From Candidatus Rokuibacteriota bacterium (GTDB lineage: Bacteria > Methylomirabilota > Methylomirabilia > Rokubacteriales > CSP1-6): DNA of 64,000 nucleotides. The stretch lies in NCBI GenBank assembly GCA_003220265.1, contig QHRW01000118.1, positions 23,186-87,185 on the forward strand, written 5' to 3'. The translations under genes and the position numbers were made by a program. This document shows, piece after piece, positions 38,800-51,821 of the stretch. Numbering within the stretch: position 1 is the first letter of the stretch; every line of letters begins with the position of its first letter. The notes under the pieces are model-generated. The model made no database searches, was not told where the DNA came from, and saw only the letters and a list, made by a program, of their open reading frames with translations.

Positions 38800-39809
38800 G
38801 CGCGCTCACCCCACCGGCCGCCTCCGCCGAGACGCGGGTGCTGGACACCCGGCCCGGCGCCGAGGGCCCCAGCGCGGCCTACTGGACGGCCTTCGCCGTC
38901 GTGGTCGCGCTGCTGGCGCTGTCCCCGCTGGTGCTGCCCGGGTTCTGGCAACGCTTCGCCACCGAGATCTTGATCTGGGGACTGCTGGCGATGTCGTCCG
39001 ACCTGCTCATCGGCTACACGGGCATGGTGTCGTTCGGCCACTCGGCGTTCTTCGGGCTCGGCATGTACGGCGCCGCCGCCGCGCTGCTGGCCGTGCGGCC
39101 GCCCAGCCTGTGGCTGGCCTTGCTGACGGGGCTCGTGGCCGCCGCCGTCGTCGCGATGTTCGTGGCGTTCTTCTCCACCCGGCTGCGCGACATCTACTTC
39201 TCGATCACCACGCTCGTGTTCTCGCAGATCTTCTACGTCATCATCTTCACGTGGACGGAAGTGACGGGCGGCGAGAACGGCCTCACGTTCCGCCAGCCGC
39301 CCTTCGCCATCCCGGGCCTGTTCTCGATCCCGTTCACCCGCAACGGGCTGCACTGGTTCGTGCTGGCGGTGGTCGCGCTGTCCTACCTGCTTCTGCGGCG
39401 CATCACCCAGTCACCGTTCGGGATGGTGCTGCAGTCGATCCGGGAGAACGAGCCGCGCACGCGCGCCATCGGCTATCACGTCGAGCGCTACAAGATCGTG
39501 GCGGTGATGCTCTCGGGACTCTTCGCGGGACTGGCCGGCGTGCTCTACGCCATCCAGAACAAGTTCGCCGCGCCCGACTTCGTCCTCTTCCTCATCTCGG
39601 GCGAGACGGTCATCTTCAACGTGATGGGCGGGATGGGAACGCTGGTGGGGCCGGTGGCGGGGGCCGCGTTCTTCCTGCTGATGAAGGAGGTCTTCTCGCG
39701 CGTCTTCTACGAGTACTACCTGATCCCCGTCGGCGTCATCTTCACTCTGATGGTGATCTTCCTGCCCCAGGGCCTGCTGGGCTTCCTCCGCCGCCGTCTC
39801 AACCAGTAG
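38796..39809 (+). CDS. ABC permease, LivM-like
   Basis: GYTGMVSFGHSAFFG, TGGENG, IRENE, GGMGTLVGP. Confidence 0.92.
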   Translation: MSALTPPAASAETRVLDTRPGAEGPSAAYWTAFAVVVALLALSPLVLPGFWQRFATEILIWGLLAMSSDLLIGYTGMVSFGHSAFFGLGMYGAAAALLAVRPPSLWLALLTGLVAAAVVAMFVAFFSTRLRDIYFSITTLVFSQIFYVIIFTWTEVTGGENGLTFRQPPFAIPGLFSIPFTRNGLHWFVLAVVALSYLLLRRITQSPFGMVLQSIRENEPRTRAIGYHVERYKIVAVMLSGLFAGLAGVLYAIQNKFAAPDFVLFLISGETVIFNVMGGMGTLVGPVAGAAFFLLMKEVFSRVFYEYYLIPVGVIFTLMVIFLPQGLLGFLRRRLNQ

Positions 39810-39814
39810 CCCGG

Positions 39815-39850
39815 TTGGGGGGTATGGGGGGCCATATCGGGGCCCCCGTC
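39815..39850 (-). repeat. G/C-run palindromic repeat (REP-like), copy 2
   Basis: Its reverse complement shares GGGGGCCCCGATATGGCCCCCCA with 11762-11797; it lies between convergent genes. Confidence 0.7.
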
Positions 39851-39852
39851 TT

Positions 39853-41103
39853 CTACCGTCCCACGATCTCGCGCACCTTCTGGACGAGGGCGTCCACGGT
39901 GAAGGGCTTGTGCAGGAAGCCGCGGCCGGGATTCAGGCCGCGGTAGTCCTCCACGCTGTCCTCGAAGTCGCCCGAGAGATAGAGCACGCGGGCGGAGGCG
40001 CGGTACGGGCCGAGCCGCTGCAGCACGCCGTCGCCGGCCACGCCGGGCAGCAAGAGGTCCGCGATCACCAGGTCGATGGGACCCTGATGGCCGGTGCTGG
40101 CGGCCAGCGCCTCGTCGAGGTCGCGCGCGCTCAGCACGTGGTAGCCATGCAGCTCGAGGATCTCGGCGATCAGGTCGCGCACGCCGGGCTCCGGCTCCAG
40201 CACGAGGACGGTCGCCGCGGCGACCGGTGTCGCCACCGGCGGCTCGTCGCCGGCGTCGTGGCGGGGCAGGTACACGGTGAACGTGGAGCCCTGGCCAACC
40301 TCGCTCGCCGCCTCCACGTGGCCGCCGCTCTGGCTGACGAACGCGAAGACCGTGGCCAGCCCGAGGCCGGTGCCGCGGCCGGGCGCCTTGGTGGTGAAGT
40401 ACGGCTCGAAGGCGCGCGACAGCGTGGCGTCGTCCATGCCGCAGCCGGTGTCGGTGATCCGCACCATCACCGCGCGGAGGGCGCCGGTGGGGCCCTGCTC
40501 GAGGTCCACGTTGCCGGTCTCGATGGTGACGCGGCCGCCCGAGGGCATCGCGTCCCGCGCGTTGAGCAGCAAGTTCATCAGCGTCTGCTCGACCTGGCCC
40601 ATGTTCACGCGCACGCGGCCCAGCCGCGGGTCCAGGTCGAGCGCGACCTGGATCTGGTCGCCGAGCAGGGGCGCCAGCGTCCGCACGACGCCGCCGATGA
40701 CCGCGTTGATGTCGAGCGACATCGGCACCGGCGCGGCGGCGCGGCTCGTCGTCAGCATGTGCTGGGTCAGGTTGAGGCCCCACACCGCCGCCTTGCGAAT
40801 CGACTCGGCGCCCGTCCGCAGCGGATCGGTCGGATCCATGCGCTTGAGCATCAGCTCGCTGTAGCCGGTGATGACGGCCAGGATGTTGCTGAAGTCGTGG
40901 GCCACGCCGCCGGCCAGCCGCCCCACCGCCTCCAGGCGTCGCGCCTCGCGCAGCTCGTCGTCGAGGCGCCGGGCGCGCTCGCGCTCCTGCTCGAGTTCGG
41001 CGCCGAGACGCTCGACCTCGGCCAGCGCCTCCGACAGCGTCGCCTGACGCTTCATCGGCGAGGGTCCTCCGGACGAGCGGACGTCACCTAAGGTCGTCGC
41101 CAT
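39853..41103 (-). CDS. Cytoplasmic hybrid histidine kinase with C-terminal receiver
   Basis: Short coiled coil, H-box GVAHDFSNIL, NARDAM, YFTTK, GTGLGL, receiver IADLLLP. Start is ATG 41103 or 41055. Confidence 0.88.
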   Translation of the reverse strand: MATTLGDVRSSGGPSPMKRQATLSEALAEVERLGAELEQERERARRLDDELREARRLEAVGRLAGGVAHDFSNILAVITGYSELMLKRMDPTDPLRTGAESIRKAAVWGLNLTQHMLTTSRAAAPVPMSLDINAVIGGVVRTLAPLLGDQIQVALDLDPRLGRVRVNMGQVEQTLMNLLLNARDAMPSGGRVTIETGNVDLEQGPTGALRAVMVRITDTGCGMDDATLSRAFEPYFTTKAPGRGTGLGLATVFAFVSQSGGHVEAASEVGQGSTFTVYLPRHDAGDEPPVATPVAAATVLVLEPEPGVRDLIAEILELHGYHVLSARDLDEALAASTGHQGPIDLVIADLLLPGVAGDGVLQRLGPYRASARVLYLSGDFEDSVEDYRGLNPGRGFLHKPFTVDALVQKVREIVGR

Positions 41104-43003
41104 GCATCCCCGCTTCGGCGGGCGGATCCGGGAAGAGCGGGAGCTCGATCCGGAAGGTGGTGCCGCCGCCGGCGATGCTCCGGAAATCGATGCTGCCGCC
41201 GTGGTCCTCGACGATCTTGTGCGTGAGCGCGAGGCCGAGCCCGGTGCCACCGTCCTTGGTGCTGAAGAACGGATTGAAGACGCGGTCGGCATCGCCGGCG
41301 CTGATGCCAACCCCGCTGTCCTCGATCTCGACGCGCACGCGGCGAGCCCCCGTCGTGCGCGGGTGCCCGGGCAGCACGACGCCGGGATCGGCCCAGCCCG
41401 CGCGGACCGTGAGCCGGCCGCCCGAGGGCATGGCGTCGAGCGCGTTGCGGATGAGATTGACCACGGCCTGGTAGAGCGCGTCGGGGTCCGCCCACACCGT
41501 CGGCAGATCGCGCGCGTACTCGCGCACGACGCGGACGCCGGAGGACTCCATCTCGTGCGCGTACAGCTCGATGCCGCGCTCCAGCGTGGCGGGCAGCCGC
41601 ACGGGGGCGAAGGTCAGGCGGGCCGGCCGCGACAGCTCCAGCAGCCGCTCGACGATGCCGTTGATGCGCTCGAGCTCCCGCGGCACCACGGACTGGAACT
41701 TGGCGCGGAACTGCTCGTCGTCGAAGCGCCGCGTGAGGTGGCGGCTGAACGTCAGCAGCGACGTGAGCGGATTCTTGATCTCGTGCGCGAGGCCGGCGGC
41801 CAGGCTGCCGAGGGCGGCCAGCCGGTCGGAGCGGCGCAACCGCTGCTCGAGCTCACGGACCACCGTGATGTCGCGCATGGCGGCAATCACGCCGAGGTCC
41901 TTGCCGTCGCCACCCTTCAGCGGCACCGTGCTGATCTCGATCGGCAGCGTGCGGCCGTTGCGGCGGCGCAGCGTGGTCGTCACGCCCGGCGAGGCGGCAC
42001 GGCTGGCGATCGCTTCCATGAGGATCTCGCCGAGAGCGGGCGTCTCGGCGAAGACTTCCGTGCAGTAGCGCCCGGCCGTCTCGCCGGCGAAGAATCCCGT
42101 CATCATCTCGGCGGCGGGGTTCAGCGTCACCACGCGACCGTCGAGGTCGACGGTGACGATGCCTGTCGTCAGCGAGGCCAGGATGTTGTCCGTGTAGCTC
42201 TTGAGGTCCGCCAGCTCCTCCAGCCGCTGCCGGAGCTCGGCGTTGGCGTCCTCGAGCGCGCCGCGCTGCTGGCGGAGCTGGGCAGCCATGTGGTTGAAGG
42301 CGACGGCCAGCCGGCCGATCTCGTCGTCGGTGACCGGGTCGATGCGCAGGTCGAGCTCGCCGCGCGAGATCGCGGCGGCGCCCTCGGCCACGCTCTGGAC
42401 GGGCCGCGAGATGCGCCGCGCCACGATGGCCGCGGCCAGGCCGCCGACGATGAGCGTGGCCACCGTCAGCACGCCGAGCTCCCAGCGGGTCCGCCGGATC
42501 AACGCCTCCATGCGCTGCTTGGAGAGCCCCACGCGCACGGTGCCCCACTTGCGTCCCTGCACGATGATGGGCGCCGCGAAGTCGTACAGCGCCCGGCCGG
42601 ACTTGGTCGTGGTCTCCTGGATGAGCGGCTCGATGGTCTCGGCCGCTCGGCGGTCGACCGCGCTCGGCAGCATCTGGCCGATGCGCTCGACCCGCGCGCT
42701 CTCGGCGATGACCCGGCCGTCGGCGTCGAGGATGATCGCGTAATGCACGTCCTGCTCGATGGCCAGGCGCGCCACGTTCTGCTCGAGCGCGGTGAAGTTG
42801 TAGAGGAGCAGGTGGCTCTGCGAGATGGCCGCCAGGTCCTTGGCCAGCACCTGGCCGCGGCGCTCCGTCTCGTCGACGACGGCCGTCCGCTGCCGCTGCT
42901 CGACCACGACCAGCACGGAAACCATCACGAGGGAGATGACCGGCACCGTGCCCCACAACAACCGGGCCTGGAGAGAGCGCGGGCGAAGGCCGGCGAAGAT
43001 CAC
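41084..43003 (-). CDS. Membrane sensor histidine kinase (periplasmic Cache-like, HAMP, PAS, HisKA, HATPase)
   Basis: From GTG 43003: two TM helices, DEIGRLAVAFNHM, GIVTVDLDG, LAHEIKNPL, FFSTK, GTGLGL. Confidence 0.92.
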   Translation of the reverse strand: MIFAGLRPRSLQARLLWGTVPVISLVMVSVLVVVEQRQRTAVVDETERRGQVLAKDLAAISQSHLLLYNFTALEQNVARLAIEQDVHYAIILDADGRVIAESARVERIGQMLPSAVDRRAAETIEPLIQETTTKSGRALYDFAAPIIVQGRKWGTVRVGLSKQRMEALIRRTRWELGVLTVATLIVGGLAAAIVARRISRPVQSVAEGAAAISRGELDLRIDPVTDDEIGRLAVAFNHMAAQLRQQRGALEDANAELRQRLEELADLKSYTDNILASLTTGIVTVDLDGRVVTLNPAAEMMTGFFAGETAGRYCTEVFAETPALGEILMEAIASRAASPGVTTTLRRRNGRTLPIEISTVPLKGGDGKDLGVIAAMRDITVVRELEQRLRRSDRLAALGSLAAGLAHEIKNPLTSLLTFSRHLTRRFDDEQFRAKFQSVVPRELERINGIVERLLELSRPARLTFAPVRLPATLERGIELYAHEMESSGVRVVREYARDLPTVWADPDALYQAVVNLIRNALDAMPSGGRLTVRAGWADPGVVLPGHPRTTGARRVRVEIEDSGVGISAGDADRVFNPFFSTKDGGTGLGLALTHKIVEDHGGSIDFRSIAGGGTTFRIELPLFPDPPAEAGMHGDDLR

Positions 43004-43005
43004 GG

Positions 43006-44613
43006 CTACTGGAGCCAGATCTTCCGGAGCGGGATGTAGGGGTCGCCGAGCCCGTTGACCTCGACGCTCTTCACCGACGGCTGGAACAAACGCTCGTAGC
43101 TGTAGTGCCAGACCGGGAGCACGGGGGCGTCGTCCAGCACGAGCTGCTCGGCCTTGCGATACAGATCCACGCGACGCTGCGCATCGCGCTCGTTGCGGGC
43201 GGTGAGGAGCAGGTTGTCCACCACGGGGTTGGCGTAGCCCGTGTAGTTGCGCGGGCTGCGCGAGTGGAAGAGCAGGAAGAGGAAATTGTCGGGATCCGGG
43301 ATGTCGGCGTTCCAGGAGTACATGAACATCGGCGCCTTGCCGTCGATGAGCAGCCGGGAGAATGCGGGCCAGTCCGTCTGGTACTGGTAGGTCGCCCGGA
43401 TGCCGACGTCGGCCAGACTCTTCACGATGCGCGCGTGCTCCTCGAGCAGCCGATCGGTGCGCGCGCCCGCCCAGATCGTCACCGGTGGCAGGCCGGCACC
43501 GCGGGGATACCCGGCCTCGGCCAGCAAGGCCCGCGCGCGCGCAGGATCGTACGTCAGCGGCCGCACGCCGGGGTTGTAGCCGAGCGTGCCGAGCGGCAGG
43601 ATCGACTGGGCCAGGTGGTAGCGGCCCTGAAACACCTGCTGGATGAGACCCGCGCGGTCGATGGCGTGCACGATGGCCTGGCGCACGCGGCGGTCGTCGA
43701 GCGGCTTCATCCGCACGTTGAGCCCGTAGAAGCGCAGGTTGAACTGGGGGCGCTTGACGTACTGCCGGCCGGGCGCGCTCACCACGCTCCCGTGGTTGCG
43801 GGTGGGCACCGGCGACTCCTCGAGGTTGCCCTTGACGAACTCGTCGTAGACCGCGTCCCACGGCTCACCAGGAAAGATCCGGTAGATCACGCGCGCCAGC
43901 CGAGGCGGGCCGTCGAAGTAGTCGCGATTGGCGGCCAGCGTGATGGAGCGGCCCCGCTCCCACGCCACGAAGCGGAAGGGCCCGGTGCCGATCGGGCGCG
44001 CACCGAAGTCGTTGCCGGCGGCCTCCACGACATCACGCGGCACGATCTTGGCGTTTCCGGTGGCGAGCGCCGTCACGAACGGCACGAACGCCTCCGTGAG
44101 CGTGATCTCCACGGCGTGGGTGTCGAGGGCCTTCAGCCCCACGACGCTCCGCGCCCGGCCCTCGGCAAACTCGCGGCCGCCCTTGATCACCCAGAAGGTC
44201 TCGGCCGCGCTCGACTTGAGACGCGGGTCGAGGATCCGCGTGAACGAGAACACCACGTCGTCGGCGGTCACCTCGCGCCCGTGATGGAATCGAACGCCCT
44301 TGCGCAGCGTGAAGACCCACGTCAACCCGTCGCGCGATGCCGTCCAGTGCTCGGCCAGCGCCGGCATGATGGCCAGCGTCTGGTCGAATGCCACCAGGCC
44401 ATCGAAGATCTGCTGGGCGACCGAGCGCCCGTAGATGTCGCTGATGCGGGCAGGATCGAGCGTCGACGGATCGTTGCCGAGCGGCCGGCGGTAGTCGAGA
44501 CTCTGGGCTGCCGCCGCACCCGCGAGCAGAAGCAAGCACACCGTGAGCAGTGCGATGAGCGGGAGGGACGGCGTGGCGCCGTCCCTCACCGCGGCCAGTC
44601 CGCGCCAGCGCAC
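43006..44613 (-). CDS. Family-5 (OppA/DppA-like) peptide-binding protein, no cognate permease nearby
   Basis: DPSTLDP, IFDGLV, LRKGVRFH, GTGPF, VRQAIVHAIDR, W-x-AD-x-PDPDNFL. Start uncertain (GTG 44613 or 44589). Confidence 0.9.
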   Translation of the reverse strand: MRWRGLAAVRDGATPSLPLIALLTVCLLLLAGAAAAQSLDYRRPLGNDPSTLDPARISDIYGRSVAQQIFDGLVAFDQTLAIMPALAEHWTASRDGLTWVFTLRKGVRFHHGREVTADDVVFSFTRILDPRLKSSAAETFWVIKGGREFAEGRARSVVGLKALDTHAVEITLTEAFVPFVTALATGNAKIVPRDVVEAAGNDFGARPIGTGPFRFVAWERGRSITLAANRDYFDGPPRLARVIYRIFPGEPWDAVYDEFVKGNLEESPVPTRNHGSVVSAPGRQYVKRPQFNLRFYGLNVRMKPLDDRRVRQAIVHAIDRAGLIQQVFQGRYHLAQSILPLGTLGYNPGVRPLTYDPARARALLAEAGYPRGAGLPPVTIWAGARTDRLLEEHARIVKSLADVGIRATYQYQTDWPAFSRLLIDGKAPMFMYSWNADIPDPDNFLFLLFHSRSPRNYTGYANPVVDNLLLTARNERDAQRRVDLYRKAEQLVLDDAPVLPVWHYSYERLFQPSVKSVEVNGLGDPYIPLRKIWLQ

Positions 44614-44633
44614 GGACCAAGCGTTGTTTCCCG

Positions 44634-44771
44634 TTACTCGCCGCCCGCGCCACCGTCGGCCGTGCCGATCGCCTGGAAGAGCTGCGTGGAGCCGGAGGTG
44701 CCGGACTCGATCACCGGAAGTGCGAGCAGGAACGAAGCGAGCAGGAGCACGGCGGCGAAGATCTTGGTCAT
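44634..44771 (-). CDS. 45-aa putative secreted signalling-peptide precursor (absent from ORF track)
   Basis: Manual translation MTKIFAAVLLLASFLLALPVIESGTSGSTQLFQAIGTADGGAGGE; strong RBS AAAGGGGAGG; signal-peptide-like N-terminus; typical host GC codon usage. Confidence 0.75.
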   Translation of the reverse strand: MTKIFAAVLLLASFLLALPVIESGTSGSTQLFQAIGTADGGAGGE

Positions 44772-44834
44772 GGACCTCCCCTTTCAGGAGCGTGGAGTCC
44801 CTCTCCATGAGGGCTCCGACGGGGGGAAGCCTAA

Positions 44835-44850
44835 AGCAAATCGGTCGCCA
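44835..44850 (-). promoter_or_regulatory. sigma54 (-24/-12) promoter
   Basis: The minus strand reads TGGCGA-CCGAT-TTGCT with exact GG-N10-GC spacing, about 64 nt upstream of the peptide ATG. Confidence 0.7.
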
Positions 44851-44923
44851 CAGCTGCCACGGGGGTCGAATCATCGGAATTCGCCGATTCTGGGCGACGG
44901 CGCCCGGTGGGGCGGCCCGGCGA

Positions 44924-44940
44924 TGCACAGTAGCTGTGCA
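44924..44940. promoter_or_regulatory. NtrC-type enhancer palindrome
   Basis: TGCACA-GTAGC-TGTGCA, resembling TGCACC-N5-GGTGCA, about 75-90 bp upstream of the sigma54 site. A weaker site lies at 44997-45013. Confidence 0.6.
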
Positions 44941-45024
44941 TGGCGCCAGGCCGGCGTGGACGACAACGCGTTGGTTTTCTGCGTGTTTCGGCCGATTGGC
45001 CAACTGCGGTGCAGCGGTGGCCCG

Positions 45025-46452
<1,428 letters not shown>

Positions 46453-46553
46453 GGGGCTCGAATGTAGCACCAGGACGGCCCCGACGGATCCGTTTGTAAG
46501 CGTCTGAATTTCTGGGCATTGACGGACAGTGGCGCGACCGAAAGAATCGCGGC

Positions 46554-48071
46554 GTGCTGGCCCACGTCCTCTCGGCGGCGCTCAGCGGAGTCGAAGCCGC
46601 GCTCGTCCGCGTGGAGGTCGATGTCGCGCCGGGGCTGCCGGTCTTCACGACCGTCGGGCTGCCGGACTCTGCCGTTCGTGAGAGCCGCGAGCGGGTGAAG
46701 ACGGCGATCCGCAACGCCGGCTTCCCGTTCCCCAGCGATCGAGTCACCGTGAACCTCTCGCCGGCCGACGTGCGCAAGGAAGGCGCCTCGTTCGACCTGC
46801 CGATCGCGCTCGGCATCCTGTCGGCCACGGGCTCCGTGCACGAGGGCCGCATCGGGCCGTTCGCGGTCGTCGGTGAGCTCGCGCTCGACGGGCAGATCCA
46901 GCCCGTGCGCGGCACGCTCGCCGTGGGTCTCGCCTGCCGCCGTCGCGGTATCGCAGCCCTGCTCGTGCCGCGCGACAACTCCGCGGAGGCGGCCGCCGTC
47001 GATGGCTTGCGCGTGCTGCCGGCGGCGACGCTCCGCGATGCCGTGTCGCTGCTGAACGGCGAGACGCTGCCCACCGCGCCCGCCGCCGCCGAGCCGAGCG
47101 TCTCGACGTTCGACGACGCGGACTTCGCCGACGTCCGCGGCCAGATGCACGCCAAGCGCGCGCTCGAGGTCGCCGCCGCCGGCGGCCACAACGTGTTGAT
47201 GGTCGGCCCGCCGGGCGCCGGCAAGACGATGCTGGCGCGCCGGCTGGCCGGGGTGCTGCCGTCGCTCGGTCGCGACGAGGTGATCGAGGTGTCCACGATC
47301 TGGTCGGTAGCGGGGCTGCTGCAGCGCCGCGGTGGGCTCGTCACGGAGCGGCCGTTCCGCGCGCCGCATCACACGATTTCGGTGTCGGGGCTGATCGGCG
47401 GCGGCAGCCCGCCCCACCCGGGCGAGGTGACGCTCGCGCACCGCGGCGTGCTGTTCCTCGACGAGCTGCCGGAGTTCCAGCAGCACGTGCTCGAGTCGTT
47501 GCGGCAGCCGCTGGAGGACGGGCGCGTCGCCATCGCGCGCTCCACCGGCATCGGCAACTTCCCCGCGCGCTTCGTCCTCGTCGCCGCCGCCAACCCTTGC
47601 CGGCGTGGCTGCCCATCGCTCGATCGCTGTCTCTGCACGCCGGCCGAGCGCAACCGCTACCTCGGCCGCCTCTCCAGGCCGCTGCTCGATCGCATCGACC
47701 TGCAGGTGGAGCTGCCGGCGCTGGAAGCCATCGAGTTCCAGGGCAACGGCGTGAGCACGACGTCCGCGGCCATCCGCGCGCGCGTGCTGGCGGCGCGCGA
47801 CTCTCAGCGCGCGCGGCTGGAGGGCACCGGGCTGACGCTCAACTCGGAGATGAGCCCGCGTCTGCTGCGGCGCCTCTGTCCGGTGGCGCCCGAGGCGGCC
47901 CGACTGCTCGGCGCGGCCATGACGCGGCTCGGGCTCTCGGCGCGCGGTCACGACCGGGCGCTGCGCGTGGCGCGCACGATCGCCGACCTGGCGGGGGCGA
48001 AGATGATCGGCGCCGAGCACTGCGCGGAGGCCGTGCAGTATCGCGGCCTCGACCGGTCCTGGCGCGCCTGA
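46554..48071 (+). CDS. comM: YifB/ComM Mg-chelatase-like AAA+ ATPase
   Basis: VGLPDSAVRESRERV, VTVNLSPAD, GPPGAGKT, RAPHHT, LFLDELPEF, LDRIDL. Confidence 0.92.
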   Translation: MLAHVLSAALSGVEAALVRVEVDVAPGLPVFTTVGLPDSAVRESRERVKTAIRNAGFPFPSDRVTVNLSPADVRKEGASFDLPIALGILSATGSVHEGRIGPFAVVGELALDGQIQPVRGTLAVGLACRRRGIAALLVPRDNSAEAAAVDGLRVLPAATLRDAVSLLNGETLPTAPAAAEPSVSTFDDADFADVRGQMHAKRALEVAAAGGHNVLMVGPPGAGKTMLARRLAGVLPSLGRDEVIEVSTIWSVAGLLQRRGGLVTERPFRAPHHTISVSGLIGGGSPPHPGEVTLAHRGVLFLDELPEFQQHVLESLRQPLEDGRVAIARSTGIGNFPARFVLVAAANPCRRGCPSLDRCLCTPAERNRYLGRLSRPLLDRIDLQVELPALEAIEFQGNGVSTTSAAIRARVLAARDSQRARLEGTGLTLNSEMSPRLLRRLCPVAPEAARLLGAAMTRLGLSARGHDRALRVARTIADLAGAKMIGAEHCAEAVQYRGLDRSWRA

Positions 48072-48123
48072 CTCGTGCGAGAATGAGCCGGCTCGTAACC
48101 CGTCGTGTTCCGGAGGAGGCGCC

Positions 48124-48660
48124 ATGACCCGCCCCGTGCTGACCATCGTCGACGTGCAGGAGCGCTTGTTCAACGCGATGGACGCCGAGCGGCGCGACGA
48201 GATGGTGGCCAACGTGAAGATCCTGGCCACCGCCGCGCGTCGTCTCGACGTCCCGGTGCTGGTGACCGAGCAGTACCCGAAGGGCCTCGGCCGCACGCTG
48301 CCCGAGCTGAAGGCGCTGCTCGCCGACGCCACGCCCTTCGAGAAGACGGCCTTCTCGTGCGCGGACGCCGAGGGGTTCGTCGACCGGCTGAAGGCGCTCG
48401 GCGCCGATCACGTCGTCCTGACGGGCATCGAAGCCCACGTGTGCGTGCTGCTCACCGCGCTGGACCTGCTCGGGCGGGGGATGCGGGTGTCCGTGGTCGC
48501 CGACGCGGTCTGCTCACGGCAGGCGGCCAACCTCGAGATCGGGCTCGCGCAGGCGCGTCAGGCGGGGGCGACCATCACCGCGACCGAGACCGTCGTCTTC
48601 CAGCTCCTCGGCCGCGCCGACAACGACGCGTTCCGCGAGCTCAGCAAGCTGCTGCGCTGA
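48124..48660 (+). CDS. Isochorismatase-family (YcaC-like) cysteine hydrolase
   Basis: IVDVQE, TEQYPKGLG, EKTAFS, IEAHVCV. Confidence 0.9.
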   Translation: MTRPVLTIVDVQERLFNAMDAERRDEMVANVKILATAARRLDVPVLVTEQYPKGLGRTLPELKALLADATPFEKTAFSCADAEGFVDRLKALGADHVVLTGIEAHVCVLLTALDLLGRGMRVSVVADAVCSRQAANLEIGLAQARQAGATITATETVVFQLLGRADNDAFRELSKLLR

Positions 48661-48661
48661 G

Positions 48662-49333
48662 CTAGGGCTTCCCCCGAGGCGGGATGTTCGTGTAGACGAT
48701 CGTGCCGTCCGGCGCGACCGTCTGGTAGATGCGGGTTGGCGGTGTATCCCCGCCTTCGATGGGCGCGCCGTAGAAGTACAGGACCTTGGTGACGTAGTCC
48801 TGCGTCTCCGGATACGGCGGGATCCCGCGATACTGCACGACGGCCTTCTCGCCGGCGTTGTAGGCCGCCAGCGCGAACGGCAGGTTGTTGGGGAAGCGGT
48901 CGATCAGGCTGCGCAGGTGCCGCACGCCGCCCTCGATGTTCTGGCGCGGATCGAACGAGTTCCGTACCCCCAGCGTGGCGGCCGTGGTCGGCATGAGCTG
49001 CATCAGCCCCTGGGCGCCCTTGCGCGAGACCGCGCGCGGATTGAAGCCCGATTCGGCGCGGATGACCGCGGACACCAGCTTCATCGGCAGGCGGTAGCGT
49101 TCCGCCGCATCCCGGATCTCATCGACGTACGGGGCCGTATCGCCTTGCGGCAGCCGAAGGAACCCGGCCTCGGTTCCCGAGTTGAAGCCCATCCGCTGAT
49201 AGCGCGGGTCGGTGGGAGCGTTGGTGAAGTGCACCGTGCCGTCCGGCTCGGTGAGCTTGAACGACTCGGCCCCGGCCGGGGCGGCCGAGGACACGAGAGC
49301 GATCACCAAGGCTGCACGCAGGCGAGCGAACAC
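48662..49333 (-). CDS. Secreted lytic transglycosylase (SLT) with DUF4124-like segments
   Basis: Signal peptide, DGTVHFTNAP, AESGFNP, GAQGLMQL, AAYNAG, ETQDYV. Confidence 0.9.
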   Translation of the reverse strand: MFARLRAALVIALVSSAAPAGAESFKLTEPDGTVHFTNAPTDPRYQRMGFNSGTEAGFLRLPQGDTAPYVDEIRDAAERYRLPMKLVSAVIRAESGFNPRAVSRKGAQGLMQLMPTTAATLGVRNSFDPRQNIEGGVRHLRSLIDRFPNNLPFALAAYNAGEKAVVQYRGIPPYPETQDYVTKVLYFYGAPIEGGDTPPTRIYQTVAPDGTIVYTNIPPRGKP

Positions 49334-49418
49334 GGTGAGGTCATAATAGCCAAGTCACCGGGGCCGGCGCAACCGGGCCCCGGCGGCCGAGGCCGCCGGA
49401 GCCATGGAAATCGCCGGC

Positions 49419-51812
<2,394 letters not shown>

Positions 51813-51821
51813 TTCACTTTC

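Noticed and set aside
44866-44890. IHF site between enhancer and sigma54 promoter of the peptide operon
   Set aside because: Only partial matches to WATCAR-N4-TTR on either strand.
44614-45003. 130-aa N-terminal extension of the family-5 SBP predicted by the ORF track (start 45003)
   Set aside because: It spans a sigma54 promoter, an enhancer and a better-supported small ORF, and would bury the SBP signal peptide; a downstream GTG start is more plausible.
49358-49384. GC hairpin between lon and slt as a possible terminator
   Set aside because: There is no U-tract on the transcribed strand, and GC-rich hairpins are common by chance here.
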